A stretch of 62,535 nt of DNA, filler included, from Nemertoderma westbladi (taxonomy: Eukaryota; Animalia; Xenacoelomorpha), in assembly GCA_032718475.1 (NCBI GenBank). It is 4 parts of 4 records of this genome, joined end to end, with 100 filler letters (N's around TTAATTAATTAA, not from the genome) between each part and the next. Parts side by side here need not be neighbours in the genome. Positions count along the whole stretch, not along the records: positions 14,068 to 43,077 come from JAUCBJ010007812.1; positions 43,178 to 58,368 come from JAUCBJ010001537.1; 2 more parts are not named here. The stretch is one strand, 5' to 3'. The notes beneath the pieces were generated by a model. That model worked only from the letters and a program-made list of their open reading frames with translations, was not told where the DNA came from and searched no databases. Below, piece after piece: positions 36,491-48,574 of the stretch. Made by a program: the position numbers and the translations under genes. How positions within the stretch are numbered: position 1 is the first letter of the stretch; each line of letters opens with the position of its first letter.

Positions 36491-37900
36491 CCCTTTCGGT
36501 ACTGATTCTACAATTTTTTGGAAAAATGTATAGCCCCAACGACCTGAATAAATTTGAGCAAAACCATTTATTTTTGTTAAATAATAATGTCGTAATAAGT
36601 TGAACTACATACTTTACATTTTCATCTCTAGGGGTTTTCCTGGTCGCTGATTTCATTTCTGATGTCAGTTTTTTCGACTGACCAACTCTAGGATGTCTGC
36701 GTCTGTATGTATGTCTGTTTGTCTGTCAGTCTGTCTGTCAAAAAATAAGGAAGCAAATTATGTAATAAAAACATTCTCCATGGGGGTTTTCCAGGTCGCT
36801 GATTTCATTTCTGATGTCAGTTTCCACGACTGACCAACACTAGGATGTATCTGTCTTTGTCTGTATGTATGTCTGTTTGTCTGTCAGTCTGTCTGTCAAA
36901 AAATAAGGAGGCATATAATGTAATAAAAACATTCGCCATGGGGGTTTTCCAGGTCGCTGATTTCCTTTCTGATGTCAGTTTCCACGACTGACCAACAATA
37001 GGATGTATCTGTCTTTGTCTGTATGTATGTCTGTTTGTCTGTCAGTCTGTCTGTCAAAAAATAAGGAGGCATATTATGTAATAAAAACATTCGCCATGGG
37101 GGTTTTCCATATCGCTGATTTCATTTCTGATGTCAGTTTCCACGACTGACCAACACTAGGATGTATCTGTCTTTGTCTGTATGTATGTCTGTTTGTCTGT
37201 CAGTCTGTCTGTCAAAACATAAGGAGGCATATTATGTAATAAAAACATTCGCCATGGGGGTTTTCCAGGTCGCTGATTTCATTTCTGATGTCAGTTTCCA
37301 CGACTGACCAACACTAGGATGTATCTGTCTTTGTCTGTATGTATGTCTGTTTGTCTGTCAGTCTGTCAGTCAAAAAATAAGAAGGCATATTATGTAATAA
37401 AAACATTCGCCATGGGGGTTTTCCAGGTCGCTGATTTCATTTCTGATGTCAGTTTCCACGACTGACCAACACTAGGATGTATCTGTCTTTGTCTATATGT
37501 ATGTCTGTCAGTCTGTCTGTCAAAAAACAAGGAAGCATATTATATCCAATATTATATATGTTACTACAGTCTGTATCTGAATAATGAACTAATGCAATAC
37601 ATCAGTATAATCAGAATAATAAATAAATAAATAAATTAGATAAATAAATAAATAATAAATAAAATAAATAAGGCCTAACTATATTAGTATGTAAGTAGAC
37701 TATGTACTGCCTGCAGTTGCCAGACAGTGGGCCATTTTGCACCATTAACACATCTAAATGCAGGGAGTATTCAAAAATCATATATAGAATGGGCTGGATT
37801 GACTGGCGCTGGACAGGAAACGATAGGAACTCATGTCTCAACAGTTAAGACATAGCGCAGTATGTCATGTCTCAACTGTTGAGACATAGGATTGGAAGGG
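36491..37900. mobile_element. Non-autonomous piggyBac-type element with an internal satellite
   Basis: TTAA|CCCTT...AAGGG|TTAA termini (TTAA at 36487-90 and 37901-04). Palindromic ATGTCTCAACTGTTGAGACAT subterminal motif at the right end. Confidence 0.72.
36625..37545 (+). repeat. 158-bp tandem repeat, about 5.5-6 copies, containing CTGT/ATGT microsatellite
   Basis: CCATGGGGGTTTT recurs at 36778, 36936, 37094, 37252, 37410. Related monomers at ~18210-18320 and, inverted, at ~56330-56730. Confidence 0.93.
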
Positions 37901-38104
37901 TTAATTATGACAACACTTGAATTATTTTCATTATACTGTAAGATCCAGAATGGGCTCCACATGGTCCCATGTTATATATCTGACATTTCGAATGACCCAG
38001 AAATAGTGCTGAACATCTCTAAATTTCGAAACTAAACAGTCAGCCGAGTACCAAATAATATTACTGCTGATAAACTAATAGTAAGTTTTTAGGGGAGTAC
38101 CGTA

Positions 38105-38401
38105 CTTACTAGGTCAAGCGAATTCGGACAGTGGAAATGAAATCCTTCCAGGCTTCCCGATTCTCCATAGTTGTCGTAATTTTTCCCAAGTTAAGTATCC
38201 CTTTCAAGTTGATCTATATATGTTATAGCCGGTCGTCCACGACTACGCTTTCCACGAGTTGGTTACCAGAAAAGTAGATCTGGTATGACCTCGTCTTTAC
38301 TTCGCCAGCAGTGCCCACTGAATCTTAATCTGCGTTCACGGAGGGTGGTTGATACAGGTGGTATTGTACCATAAAGCTCGGCGTTTGTCATGCGTTGTCT
38401 C
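38105..38401 (-). mobile_element. 3' fragment of an RTE-clade LINE
   Basis: Minus strand reads MTNAELYG...RERRLRFSGHCWRSKDEVIPDLLFW*PTRGKRSRGRP (hand translation, not in the ORF track). Confidence 0.75.
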
Positions 38402-39864
38402 TATCTAGTAGATGTAAAATTATTCAATGAATATTTAAATCCCTCATGAGATGGTACAGTATATATTTATTTCTTCATTAGTTATGTATTGATGCAATAA
38501 TGTAAATGTACATGTAAAAGCTTTTGTGGGATAACTGATTCGTTTGCCTTGCTGGCCAGTTCCCCCCCGGTCGCTAGAATACTCTAAAAGGGATCTATAG
38601 GTAAAATAGTGCAAGCTACCAGCTTATTGGCTGATGGGCTGTACGAGAGTATCTGGGTTCTGTTCGATCAGCCAACCAGCTTAGGGAGGTTGCCTTAGCC
38701 CTGCTGTCCGCATCGGCCAATAGAATTTGAGTGGGCGTTGATTTTGACCTATCCCAGAGCTACTGAACTGAATTTTCCTATCTCACTGCTCATCCTCTGT
38801 GTTGAACGGGAGCTTCGGGGAATAAGGGTAGTTGGTATCCTCGTATAGTTAAGTAGTCATATGATTTTATATGATTCTGTTGTTGTGTTCCCATTTTCGC
38901 CATAACACCGGCTTTTTGGGAAGAACTCTAGTAAAACTGCTTAAATTATCGAAAGTATAAACTGTTATCTAATCAATCAACTAATCAACAATCGACCGAC
39001 CTAATTACTTATCTGATCTAATTAACTCACTATTAATCATATTGTTTGTACTGTTATTTACCGTCAGTTATTAATTGTATCTATTTGTTGATGGAAATAT
39101 TGCTCTTTGGAGAATACGGATAAATCACCCAAAATTCCCAATTTTCTTGATACACTACAGGTTAGAGAGACAGGCTATATATAACAATTGCGATTTATAT
39201 TAATGTGGTGTGTATTGAATCTAATGTTATTTAGCAGACCCTACATGAGTCAATTGCTGCTCTCTTTATGTGTGATCAAATTTACTGACGGTCGGCAGAA
39301 TAGTGTGCATGATTGTGATTGGTAACAAAGCATTTCCTAAAGAATGCGCCTTATACTTTAATCATAAGCAGTATCGTTGCGTTTAGTATAAGTCCTAGTT
39401 CTGTTTAAATAGATAGAGCGCCACGTCCTAAAGGAACTGTTAATATTTCCCGAAAGCCAATAATATCTGTCAGAAATTAATTAATAACGATCAATCGAAT
39501 AATACAGTAAGTTTACACTGCAACCTTACACTGCAATAATAAAATTTAAGCAGCCGAATTCAGCCTCCCGGGTGTAGATCCATCGGGTGAATGATCGCGC
39601 ATGGGCTGACTTCGGGTAATGTTTTGTTTATTAGCATAAAATATTGTCGTATGCTAAAGGTGTTTTAATTAACTAAAAGACATATAAATTTTGGCAGGTT
39701 AAACTGCTAAAGGTCTTCAAAAGCGCGAACAATAACAGTTTATCTTCGTATTGCAGTGTAGGCATTAAATACAGTTTAATATTGTTCTGGTAAGAACAAT
39801 AACAGTTTATAGATCTTATTGCAGTAAGCAATAAGGTTGCAAAATACCGTAGTGACCGGTAACC

Positions 39865-39997
39865 TGAACCGGTACTTCTGTAGGTCAGTAGGCCCAACTG
39901 CCAGAACCGGTACTGCTGTAGGTCCGTAGGTCCAACTGCCAGAACCGGTACTTCTGTAGGTCTGTAGGCCCAACTGTCCTAACCGGTACTGCTGTAT
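39865..39997 (+). repeat. 38-bp tandem repeat, about 3.5 copies
   Basis: AACCGGTAC recurs at 39867, 39905, 39943, 39981. Confidence 0.9.
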
Positions 39998-40154
39998 CAG
40001 TACATTAGTATTATTCGAATTTGATTGGTGTATACCGGTAGGTCTTAGTACTTAATCAGGGACTGCAGCCCTGAAATTCTTATTGAGATTCTACTTATTT
40101 CTGTCGGTTTTATTTACTAGTAGGCTAATATTGAGCAGAAGGCGTGTGACCCTG

Positions 40155-40735
40155 CTCAGATTGTTCAGATAATTGTAGGCTGAGCTGCTGTCTGACTGTT
40201 GTTGGGTTTGGAGAGATTACGGCGTGTGTAGAGTTTGTCTGATAAAGTGCCGTTAGTAAGTTGGGGCAGCCATATGCTGTAAGGTCAATCCCCTCTTAAA
40301 GAATAAGTCGTACTACCGTGTTAGAACGCATACTAACTAACTGTTTCAGAATCTGCATATACTGTAGTTTATTTAGGCTTGATCGTAGTCTGCCAGTGTT
40401 TTAGCCTGTGTTTGTTTGTGTGGTCTGTTCAGGTACCGTAATAGTTATTACTCAGATATTTTGTAGGCTGGATTGTTGTCTAGCTATTATTAGGTCTGAA
40501 GAGATTGCTGTGTGTGTGGAGTTGGTCTGATAAAGTGCTGTTAGTAAGTTGGGGCAGCCATATGCTGTAAGGTCAATCCCCTCTTAAAGAATAAGTCGTA
40601 CTACCGTGTTAGAACGCATACTAACTAACCATTTCAGAATCTACACGTACGGTAGTTTATTTAGGCTTGGTGGTAGTCTGCCAGCGTTTGGTTTGTATTT
40701 TGTGTGAGTATTCTGTACGGGTAGCGTAATATTTA
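40155..40735 (+). repeat. Tandem duplication with a ~288-bp unit
   Basis: GATAAAGTGC...TACTAACTAA at 40241 and again at 40529. Confidence 0.9.
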
Positions 40736-42057
40736 TTATTCAGAGTTTATGCGATTATTCGCAACATTCATGTCCCCAAGTTTATTCCTACAGTAATTGT
40801 GCTTGTTATACATACCGTTATAGTTAAATTAACCCCGGTACTACACGGGCTGCTTGGCGTAGGACAAGACTGGTGACTTTGTGCTTCGGTCACTCCAGCA
40901 GATGCCGTGGTTCTTTTAACTGTTCAAGTATATTTAACTACTGATTATTTGTTATACCGGTACTTGTACCTAATTTAGGGTTTAGTGTACAGTGCTTTCC
41001 GGAGTAATTAGTGTGGGCAGTATATTTGTGTTGTAAAGTAGTTGATAGGCACATTCGCTAGCTCTATTAACTTCTAGGTAGGAACACTCCGTGATACATA
41101 ACGTAGTACCTATAGCGATACGGTTATAGGTCGTCAGGCGGTGGTATTTTCCTATCTGGACAGTGCAATATATTTACTACTACTTATTATTTCAAATACC
41201 GTAGTACCCTGTCCGTTGTAATAACCAGAATTCTAACCCTTTGTTAGGCTGGTTTGTAGACTTCCTGTAAAATTACCCTAAAAATTTCGTACGTAATATT
41301 TTGTTGTGTTTTAATTAGAGAATTAATCTCACCCATATCGTAAGTAATTTGTAGTATTAAGTAACTTAGGTAAATTAGAATTATCAGTTTTAGTGTCTCA
41401 ATAAGTAACACTTCACTGAGAGCGCACAGCTTCTGTGTAGTGATTCCCCCAGAAATAATAACATTTATTTCAAATATTGACAAAAAACCCTTTTTAAACG
41501 GGTATATATCTATTATAAATCAACTCAAACGATTTATAAATAGTAGGCCTGCCAGACAACAACTAGGTCTCAATATCAGTTGGACTACTGCTTAAATAAC
41601 GGTAATAAAGTAAGTTAAAGTAACCAAGTAACCTTAAAATATTCAGAAATTCAATTATTCTAAAAATAATTGACATACCGGTATTTACCATAGGCTTATT
41701 ATATTTATTTCTATAAATTTGAGCTGAAATCATACCGGTATTCTGTAATTAATTCTAGTCCATAATTATACTTATATACTATAAGTGTAAGCTGTATACC
41801 GGTATTCACGATAGGCCTATTATATATTTATATATATTTGTGCTAAAATTATATACCGGTACTCTGTGACAAATCTAGTCTGTAATAATACTTATATATA
41901 TATTATAAGGATACCGGTATTCTAATATATTGTATATATATCACGTTACACTAAGTAACGGTATCGGTAATAAATCGCTAGGCTTGCGGTCATACTGAAT
42001 TACCAGACTTGCTTTAACTGAAACTATAGTAGTAGACATTCAACTGTATAGCTAAAC

Positions 42058-43077
42058 ATGTCTGACACTCAGCAAAACCTGTCAGACAGTCTGATCGATA
42101 CAACTATCTGTGACTCAGATAGGAGTGTGGAGCGATTAAGAAAGGAGTTCAGCTCACCTCCTACTGCAAAAAAGGTCATCCCTCCAGTAGTATCAGACCC
42201 TAGGCTAATCCACCATAGGTCCATCATAGGTACTCGGGCACAGGTCAAACGGAACCAAGAGGCAGTTGTCCTATCGCAGCAACATCTTGGTCAAGAACCT
42301 ACTTCCCAGCGACCCGATAGCTCCAGTAGTTCGGATACTGTAGAGCTGACCCCCGAAGGCGGAGTGCAGATGGCTGTTACAGTCTACTCAGACCCCCTTC
42401 TTACCCTTCCTGCTGCAGTGCTAACTACTATATTCATTGCAGTGGAGGAACATCAAGCCGACTGGGCGAGGAATAAGCGAGCGACCCAAGATAATTATGC
42501 TGGATACGCCAGGGAAGAATTGATGTCTATTGTCGAGTCACAATGGAACTTTCCCGGACTCGGACTCCCGTTGGATCTGTCCGAGGCTACTTGGGAAGAT
42601 ATACACAGGATGGGAGTGGCTAAAGATACAATGGATCCAGCTGTTTGGAAGAGGTCGGCAGCAGGATATGTGCAGGGATTCTTCGGCTCCTTGGAGCGAT
42701 TGGAAGAACAACTGTTTCGACAACCTCAAGGACCTCAAGAGCAGGAAGAGCTGCTATACCAGATACGCGATAGAACCCTACGCATACGACTAATCCTCTC
42801 AGCCTTTGAGGAAACTTCCAAAAGAAGACAGGACACGTCGCTGCAGGTTGCTGTCAAAACTTGGTTACATCGGGTAGATCTCAAAGTACAGGAAACGGCC
42901 CAGTGGAAATCCCAGCTGGCTGAGAGATTAACCTATGAAGAACTAACTGATGTCACCTTTTCTCAAGCGGAAAGCGAAGAGACCGCCGAGAAACCGCGAA
43001 CTAGAGACGCTATCGACATTTATTTGTCCGACTATCAGAGATTCATAGGAGACGAAGAGTTGAGGAGACGGCTGTTT
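42058..43077 (+). CDS. Uncharacterised ORF (at least 340 aa, runs into the gap), possibly retroelement ORF1/Gag N-terminus
   Basis: ATG start, no stop over 1020 nt in otherwise AT-rich DNA, coding-like composition. No motif recognised. Confidence 0.5.
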
Positions 43078-43177
43078 NNNNNNNNNNNNNNNNNNNNNNN
43101 NNNNNNNNNNNNNNNNNNNNNTTAATTAATTAANNNNNNNNNNNNNNNNNNNNNNNNNNNNNNNNNNNNNNNNNNNN
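43078..43177. other. Assembly gap with artificial linker
   Basis: 44 N + TTAATTAATTAA + 44 N. Confidence 0.97.
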
Positions 43178-43220
43178 GCCCATCATAGATTTAACAATCT
43201 GCATCAATATTTGTTTACAG

Positions 43221-43682
43221 CATTTGCATTTGTCCATCATAGATTTAAAAGATGCAATTACCTACAGTAATACAAACACAGGGGTGATTTATGCTGACGA
43301 TCATAGATGTGCTTTATGTGGTAATTTTGTGCATAATTCTTTCAATGGATATTATATACTTCCACATATAATATATATCCGGGTTGAACGCTATGCAAAT
43401 GAAAATCAACCATTAAGATCTACAACAAAACTTATCACACCAACAGAAATCTCTCTTTATGAAGTGAAAACTAAAACATATCGCAAGTTCACTTTAAAAT
43501 CTGCCATAATTCACCTAGGACAAACATCATCAGCAGGTCATTATATTGCGATAGTAAGAGGGAATTCAAATGCTAACTGGATACGTTTTGATGATAAAAT
43601 AGTGACTAAGTTGTCATGGGATTCTGCTAAAAAAATTATATGTACCAAATCAAGAGTTATTTTATATGAAATGAATATATAA
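43221..43682 (+). CDS. C-terminal exon/fragment of a USP-family (peptidase C19) ubiquitin hydrolase domain
   Basis: CALC, LPHIIYIRVERY, His box LKSAIIHLGQTSSAGHY, WIRFDD, ILYE. Preceded by an in-frame acceptor-like TTTACAG. Confidence 0.72.
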   Translation, partial: HLHLSIIDLKDAITYSNTNTGVIYADDHRCALCGNFVHNSFNGYYILPHIIYIRVERYANENQPLRSTTKLITPTEISLYEVKTKTYRKFTLKSAIIHLGQTSSAGHYIAIVRGNSNANWIRFDDKIVTKLSWDSAKKIICTKSRVILYEMNI

Positions 43683-43774
43683 ATCTAGATTTTTTTCCAT
43701 TTTTTTATATGTATTATCAGAATATTATGGATTTACCATTATCACAAATATGATATATACATGTTTTTTTTAAG

Positions 43775-43923
43775 TTTTCAATATCCTTCGACATTACAAT
43801 CCCGTTATTCTCAAGAAGTATATACCACTAAAAGTATATGGAGATGGAAATTGTTTGTACAGAGCTGTTTCCATAGCCGCATTTGGGAGTGACTTTTATC
43901 ATGGCTTATTGCGCCTTATTGCC
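43775..43923 (+). pseudogene. Truncated OTU-like (vertnin-type) cysteine protease fragment
   Basis: Hand translation YIPLKVYGDGNCLYRAVSIAAFGSDFYHGLLRL contains the OTU catalytic GDGNCLxRA motif. Cut off by the Penelope insertion at ~43924. Confidence 0.65.
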
Positions 43924-45310
43924 AGGGGTACTGCCTGAGTAGACATTCGCCAAGGAATTCGTCTCTGAGTTTGGTATAGTCGTATTCCTGAGGCCTACTG
44001 AGCGACTGTCCTCAGGCAGTACCCCCAGAACCTCCTTAACAAACTTAGACATTGGACTCCCCAAACTAGACCTAAAGACACTAACTCGAAACCCACATTT
44101 TACCTATCCACTAACCAACAGATGAAGGGCATGTTCCAAAATACTGTACGTAGATACTCCAAAAACTACGATCTTGACATCAACATTAATGTAGTCACGA
44201 AGAACCCCACATCACTAGGACAAATACTAACCAAAAATAAAACTCAATCGCATACACACACAAATAACACCACTAATGAGCCATGTAACTCTAGCCGCTG
44301 CCTTACATGCAAAACTATCACTAACATACAACAGACACCATGGGGTGAAAAGATAAAAGGACACTATACATGTAAGTCCCACACTGTATGTTACTTGGCC
44401 TGGTGTCACTGCCACCCTACTCTATACTACATAGGCCAAACGAGACAGAAACTTCACGAACGCTTTAATGGACACTGCAACAACATACGACACTACCCCT
44501 CACGAGCCAATGACGGAAAAACACACGAAGACATACTCCTAGCTAGGCACATATACGGTTGTGGTTTAGAAAATCTACGCACCGCAACCATAAAACAATT
44601 CACAAACATACCCGAACTACTAGCGACGGAAGCTAACCTAATCTATACATACAACCCCCCACTTAACGTAGCAAGACCAGCAATCTAAACCCAACGTTTT
44701 ATTAATACACCCTATATTCTATATCTTACACAACTACAGTGCCCTCTATAGCGAATTTCCAGGGTTTTTATGTGCTTTTCCCCTACCTTCCTTTTTGTTT
44801 TTGTCTTGGTTTTTCTGTTTCTTGTGATTTCTTACTCTGTAGAAATTACAGCTATCATTATGTTGCATTCTACCTAACCATGCGCTTTAAGTAGATACCT
44901 CATAATCCTATGTAACCTACCTAATCCAATTATACCATTCAGTATGTAGACACATGACCACTCCTGGGATTTCCCTTTCAACTTCTCCCAACCTTATAAC
45001 CCAACCTGCAACCCTATATTTGTACTTTAGAATGACAGTTTAAAACTAACTCAGTGTATTTTCCCTATCACAATTACCTTACGTTATACAGTACATACAT
45101 ACACGTTAACCTTTCTGGGATTCACCTATCAGGTATTCCCCTTTAAAACTTATATATATATATATATAGACCCCCACCTTTTCCTGTTAGTTGCCAGTAC
45201 ATAGTCTGATGCAGACCGGTAGGTCGAAAACGTTTACTATTGTATCTTTATATAATATAATATAACCAGCTAAAGACCCTCAATACTTTACTTTTTCTAT
45301 CATCTTTACA
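43924..45310 (+). mobile_element. 5'-truncated and 5'-inverted Penelope-like element (Neptune-type linker, GIY-YIG endonuclease, pLTR)
   Basis: ORF 44122-44688 has CNSSRCLTC and CKSHTVCYLAWC..YYIGQTRQKLHERFNGH. Inverted junction GGGGTACTGCCTGAG (43925) / CTCAGGCAGTACCCC (44011). TA-repeat and hammerhead motif in the 3' region. Confidence 0.88.
45198..45244 (+). ncRNA. Minimal type I hammerhead ribozyme motif (Penelope pLTR)
   Basis: ATAGT-CTGATGCA-GACC-ggta-GGTC-GAAA-ACGT-TT-ACTAT. Perfect 5-bp helix I, 4-bp helix II, palindromic helix III AACGTT. Core deviates from CUGANGA. Confidence 0.7.
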
Positions 45311-45387
45311 CTATGCTGCCGCTGGTGAATGCCTACCACTTCATCCGTTCGAACTTAGTGCAGTACTACTGTACTACTGTATTAGTA

Positions 45388-48300
45388 ATGGCTAATAGAG
45401 CCAAATATTCAACCTTAGATGAAGCGCGACGATTGAGTAATGCTGGTGTCAACAAGCTGACCAATGCAGAGCTCAAACGCAGAGCTATGTACTGTGACGA
45501 CGACATCTCACGACTCAATGAGAGTGCTAATTCTACTGGTACCGTCAGCTTGTCTCAAGCAAACAATATCGATTCCCCGAGTAATGCTGACGTTCTGAAG
45601 GAGATATCTCTACTTTGGAAAGAAGTTCAAGAAAGTTTGAAACTAAAGGAGCAGGTCGCCGAGTTGTCTACTAAATTAGATTCAGCGATTTTCAATTCAA
45701 TGTCCCGATTTAGCGGAACATGGAGCACAATTATACTGTCCTAAAACTGTGCTCGTGGAATGTGTGCGGGGTTAAAGATAAACTTCTATCACCCCATCTC
45801 ATAGAATATTTTTGCGAATTTGACTTAGTTTTTGTATCTGAATTAAAGACTGTAGGATCTATTTTTTTACCGGGGTTTAAATGTGTAAGAAAATATTCGG
45901 TAAAATCTAATCGGGGAGGAGTAGCCCATCAGATTCGCAATATCGAATTAGGTAACGATGGAGAGACAGTGTATCTGGATTGGATTCAAATGTTTGCAAG
46001 GGGTTCGTTTGGGGGGGGGGGTATTATATTCCGCCTAGTAGTTCGCCGTACTTTAATTCGATCCAATTTGCAAACTTACACGCAAATTTATCAGAAACGG
46101 AGTCTGCAATTGTATTTAGTGACCTAAACTCTAGGTTTGGAAATATAAATGGGAACGGTACTTGTGACTACTCGGTAAATACTCACGGTGAACGGCTCGC
46201 AGAGATTTGTTCAACCACTGATACACTTGTTTTAAACCACCTACGGCTAGGAGATCGGGAATTAGGGGGTGGGCTATCATATAAACAGGGATCTCGATGG
46301 ATTTCTGAAGTTGATTTAGCACTGGGAAAAGGTAATATAATACAGGACGTGAAAACTCTGGAACATAATCAGTCCATTGGACATTCCGATCACGCATCAC
46401 TTGAGTTGGTTCTTGTTGCCAACTTAACTCAAAGCGACCATAAACTTCTTTATCGCGCGTCCTTACTGGGTACCACTGACCACGAGGTACGTCCAAGCCG
46501 GATGACTACGGTGATAAGCAGTAAACGCCACACAACAGTAGACTGTGAGCAATTCGAAAGATTAATGGGTAGAATACAACCACCAAATATTGAATTAGTG
46601 ACGCTCACGCAGGATGGTATCGACACACTTGTCAACGAGTTTAATGGAATAGTCTCACAATCAGCGCAAGAGTGCAATCAGAAGCGACCAACCAACCGGT
46701 GTTCAAACAATTCGACAGATTACTCAAGGTGGGAACGCCTACTTTCTAATAATGATTCAAAGCAAATCTGGAAGTCTATCAACTGGAAAGGGCAATTAGA
46801 TCATAACGAACAAAGTTACGAGATACCGACGAACGAACAATTTAAGTCCCATTTCGAAAATCTTTTAAACACGAATAACGAGGAGTACTTACTGCGAGAC
46901 GAAGATGCGTCAGGAAATCGAGCTGACTACCCGGATTCTCCCTAGATAACCGTCTTAGATGATAACTTCACCGAGAAAGAATTTGCAGAAACCCTGGCTG
47001 ATCTAAATATCAATAAATCATTTCTAGGTACGAGTGTGGGTCTAATATGCAGATTACCCGGGTGTTGGCTGATTTTTCTGCTGTCAATATTTAACGCGGT
47101 GTTTAATAACTCAGGCTGGTGTCTGCTCTCCTGGTGCTATAGTAAACTTGTGTATTATATAAGTCTGGCGGCAGATTGTGTTGTGGTAATTATCGGGGGA
47201 TAAGCATCCTGGATACTCTGGCAAAGATCTATGACAGTATGATAAACTCTCGTCTCGTACGTTGGGTGAGTTTCGATAAGTGTCAAGCGGGCGGACAGAA
47301 ATTTAGGGGTTGCATCGAACAAATTGTGACTTTACGCTTATTGATAAATCATGCGGTTAATAAAAAAATTAAATTATATGTAATGTTCATAGATTTCAGT
47401 AAAGCGTACGATAAGGTTCCTCGAAAAAAATTATTAGAGTGTTTGCGGAAGGCTGGATGTGGGAGAAAAATGTTGTTAGCTATTAGTGCAGTTTATAAAA
47501 GTACAAAGTGTCTGTTAGAAGACGCCGTTATTATTTTTAATCTAGGACTAAGGCAGGGTGCTCCCACTAGCCTAACACTATTTTGTTTATATTTGAACGA
47601 GTTTGTATGTAGATTACGATTAGCATATCATACCGACGCTTTTCTAGGCGCATTACAAATTTTACTCCTAATAGATGACTCAGTCATATTATCGACTTCA
47701 CGTAAATCATGCGAAGAAAAATTCAAAATATTAGTAGATTACTGTACAGACTACGGAATGATAATCAATCAGAAAAAAACAAAATTTTTGTAATAAATGG
47801 TAGTACCGATGATTCTAATACTATTATTTATAATGGTACAAAGTGTGTTGAGCTGCAACGAGTACATTTATTTGGGCTCGCCATTTACGCAGGATGGCAA
47901 GATGAAATCTGTCTTAAAAATACAGTCTAAGCGGTGTCATGAATCAATTAATAAATTTATAATTTTCTGTGGTGCTAACCAGGCTATGTATGCCCTTCTT
48001 CTTAAAGTATTGTGTTTTTGAGTCTTGCTTATCAGCATCTATTTTCTACGGCTGTGAATCATGGTTCACTGGCGACATTAAAGCAATTGAAAAAGTGTAC
48101 TTTAAAGCACTTAAAGCATTACTTGGGGTACGAGAAAGTACACCAAACGACTTGAGTCGTTAAATGTGTCGTTAGAATCGGTTAAGGTGCGGGTTCGAAA
48201 TAAGCCACTAACAGCGACTAAATTTAATACTTACTCTACTTCGCTCGAGGTGCACGCGGTCTACCGAAATCGAAAACCCACCGTAATAGCTGACTACAAA

Positions 48301-48574
48301 CGCTTAGCGTTAATGCGCCTTCGATTAATATCTCACAACCTTAGGATTGAGAGGGGAAGGTGGACCCGGACCCCATCGTGCGAGCGGGTATGCAGTTGCG
48401 ATGGATTTTCTGGAACATGTTATGCTTAGATGCAAAATGACTAAGGCACTACGGCTTAATTATAATTTTCAGTCTTATATAACTTTCTCAGATCTCATTT
48501 CGGTTGAAAATACATTAAAGCTCTGTAATTATATTAGCGAGGCACTCGAGCTAGTAACAATGGATAAAAATTAA
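45388..48574 (+). mobile_element. Near full-length degenerate LINE (ORF1 remnant, APE endonuclease, RT, C-terminal Zn motif)
   Basis: LKLCSWNVCG, SDLNSRFG, SDH, NYRGIS, FIDFSKAYD, RQGAPTS, LIDD, RLRLISHNLRIERGRW across several frameshifted ORFs. Confidence 0.9.

Noticed and set aside
41105-41140. Minus-strand CTGACGA followed by a CCTATA/TATAGG stem
   Set aside because: Lacks the GAAA and UH elements of a hammerhead core.
42058-43682. Single gene joining the orphan ORF to the USP fragment
   Set aside because: Separated by an artificial gap and very different in base composition.
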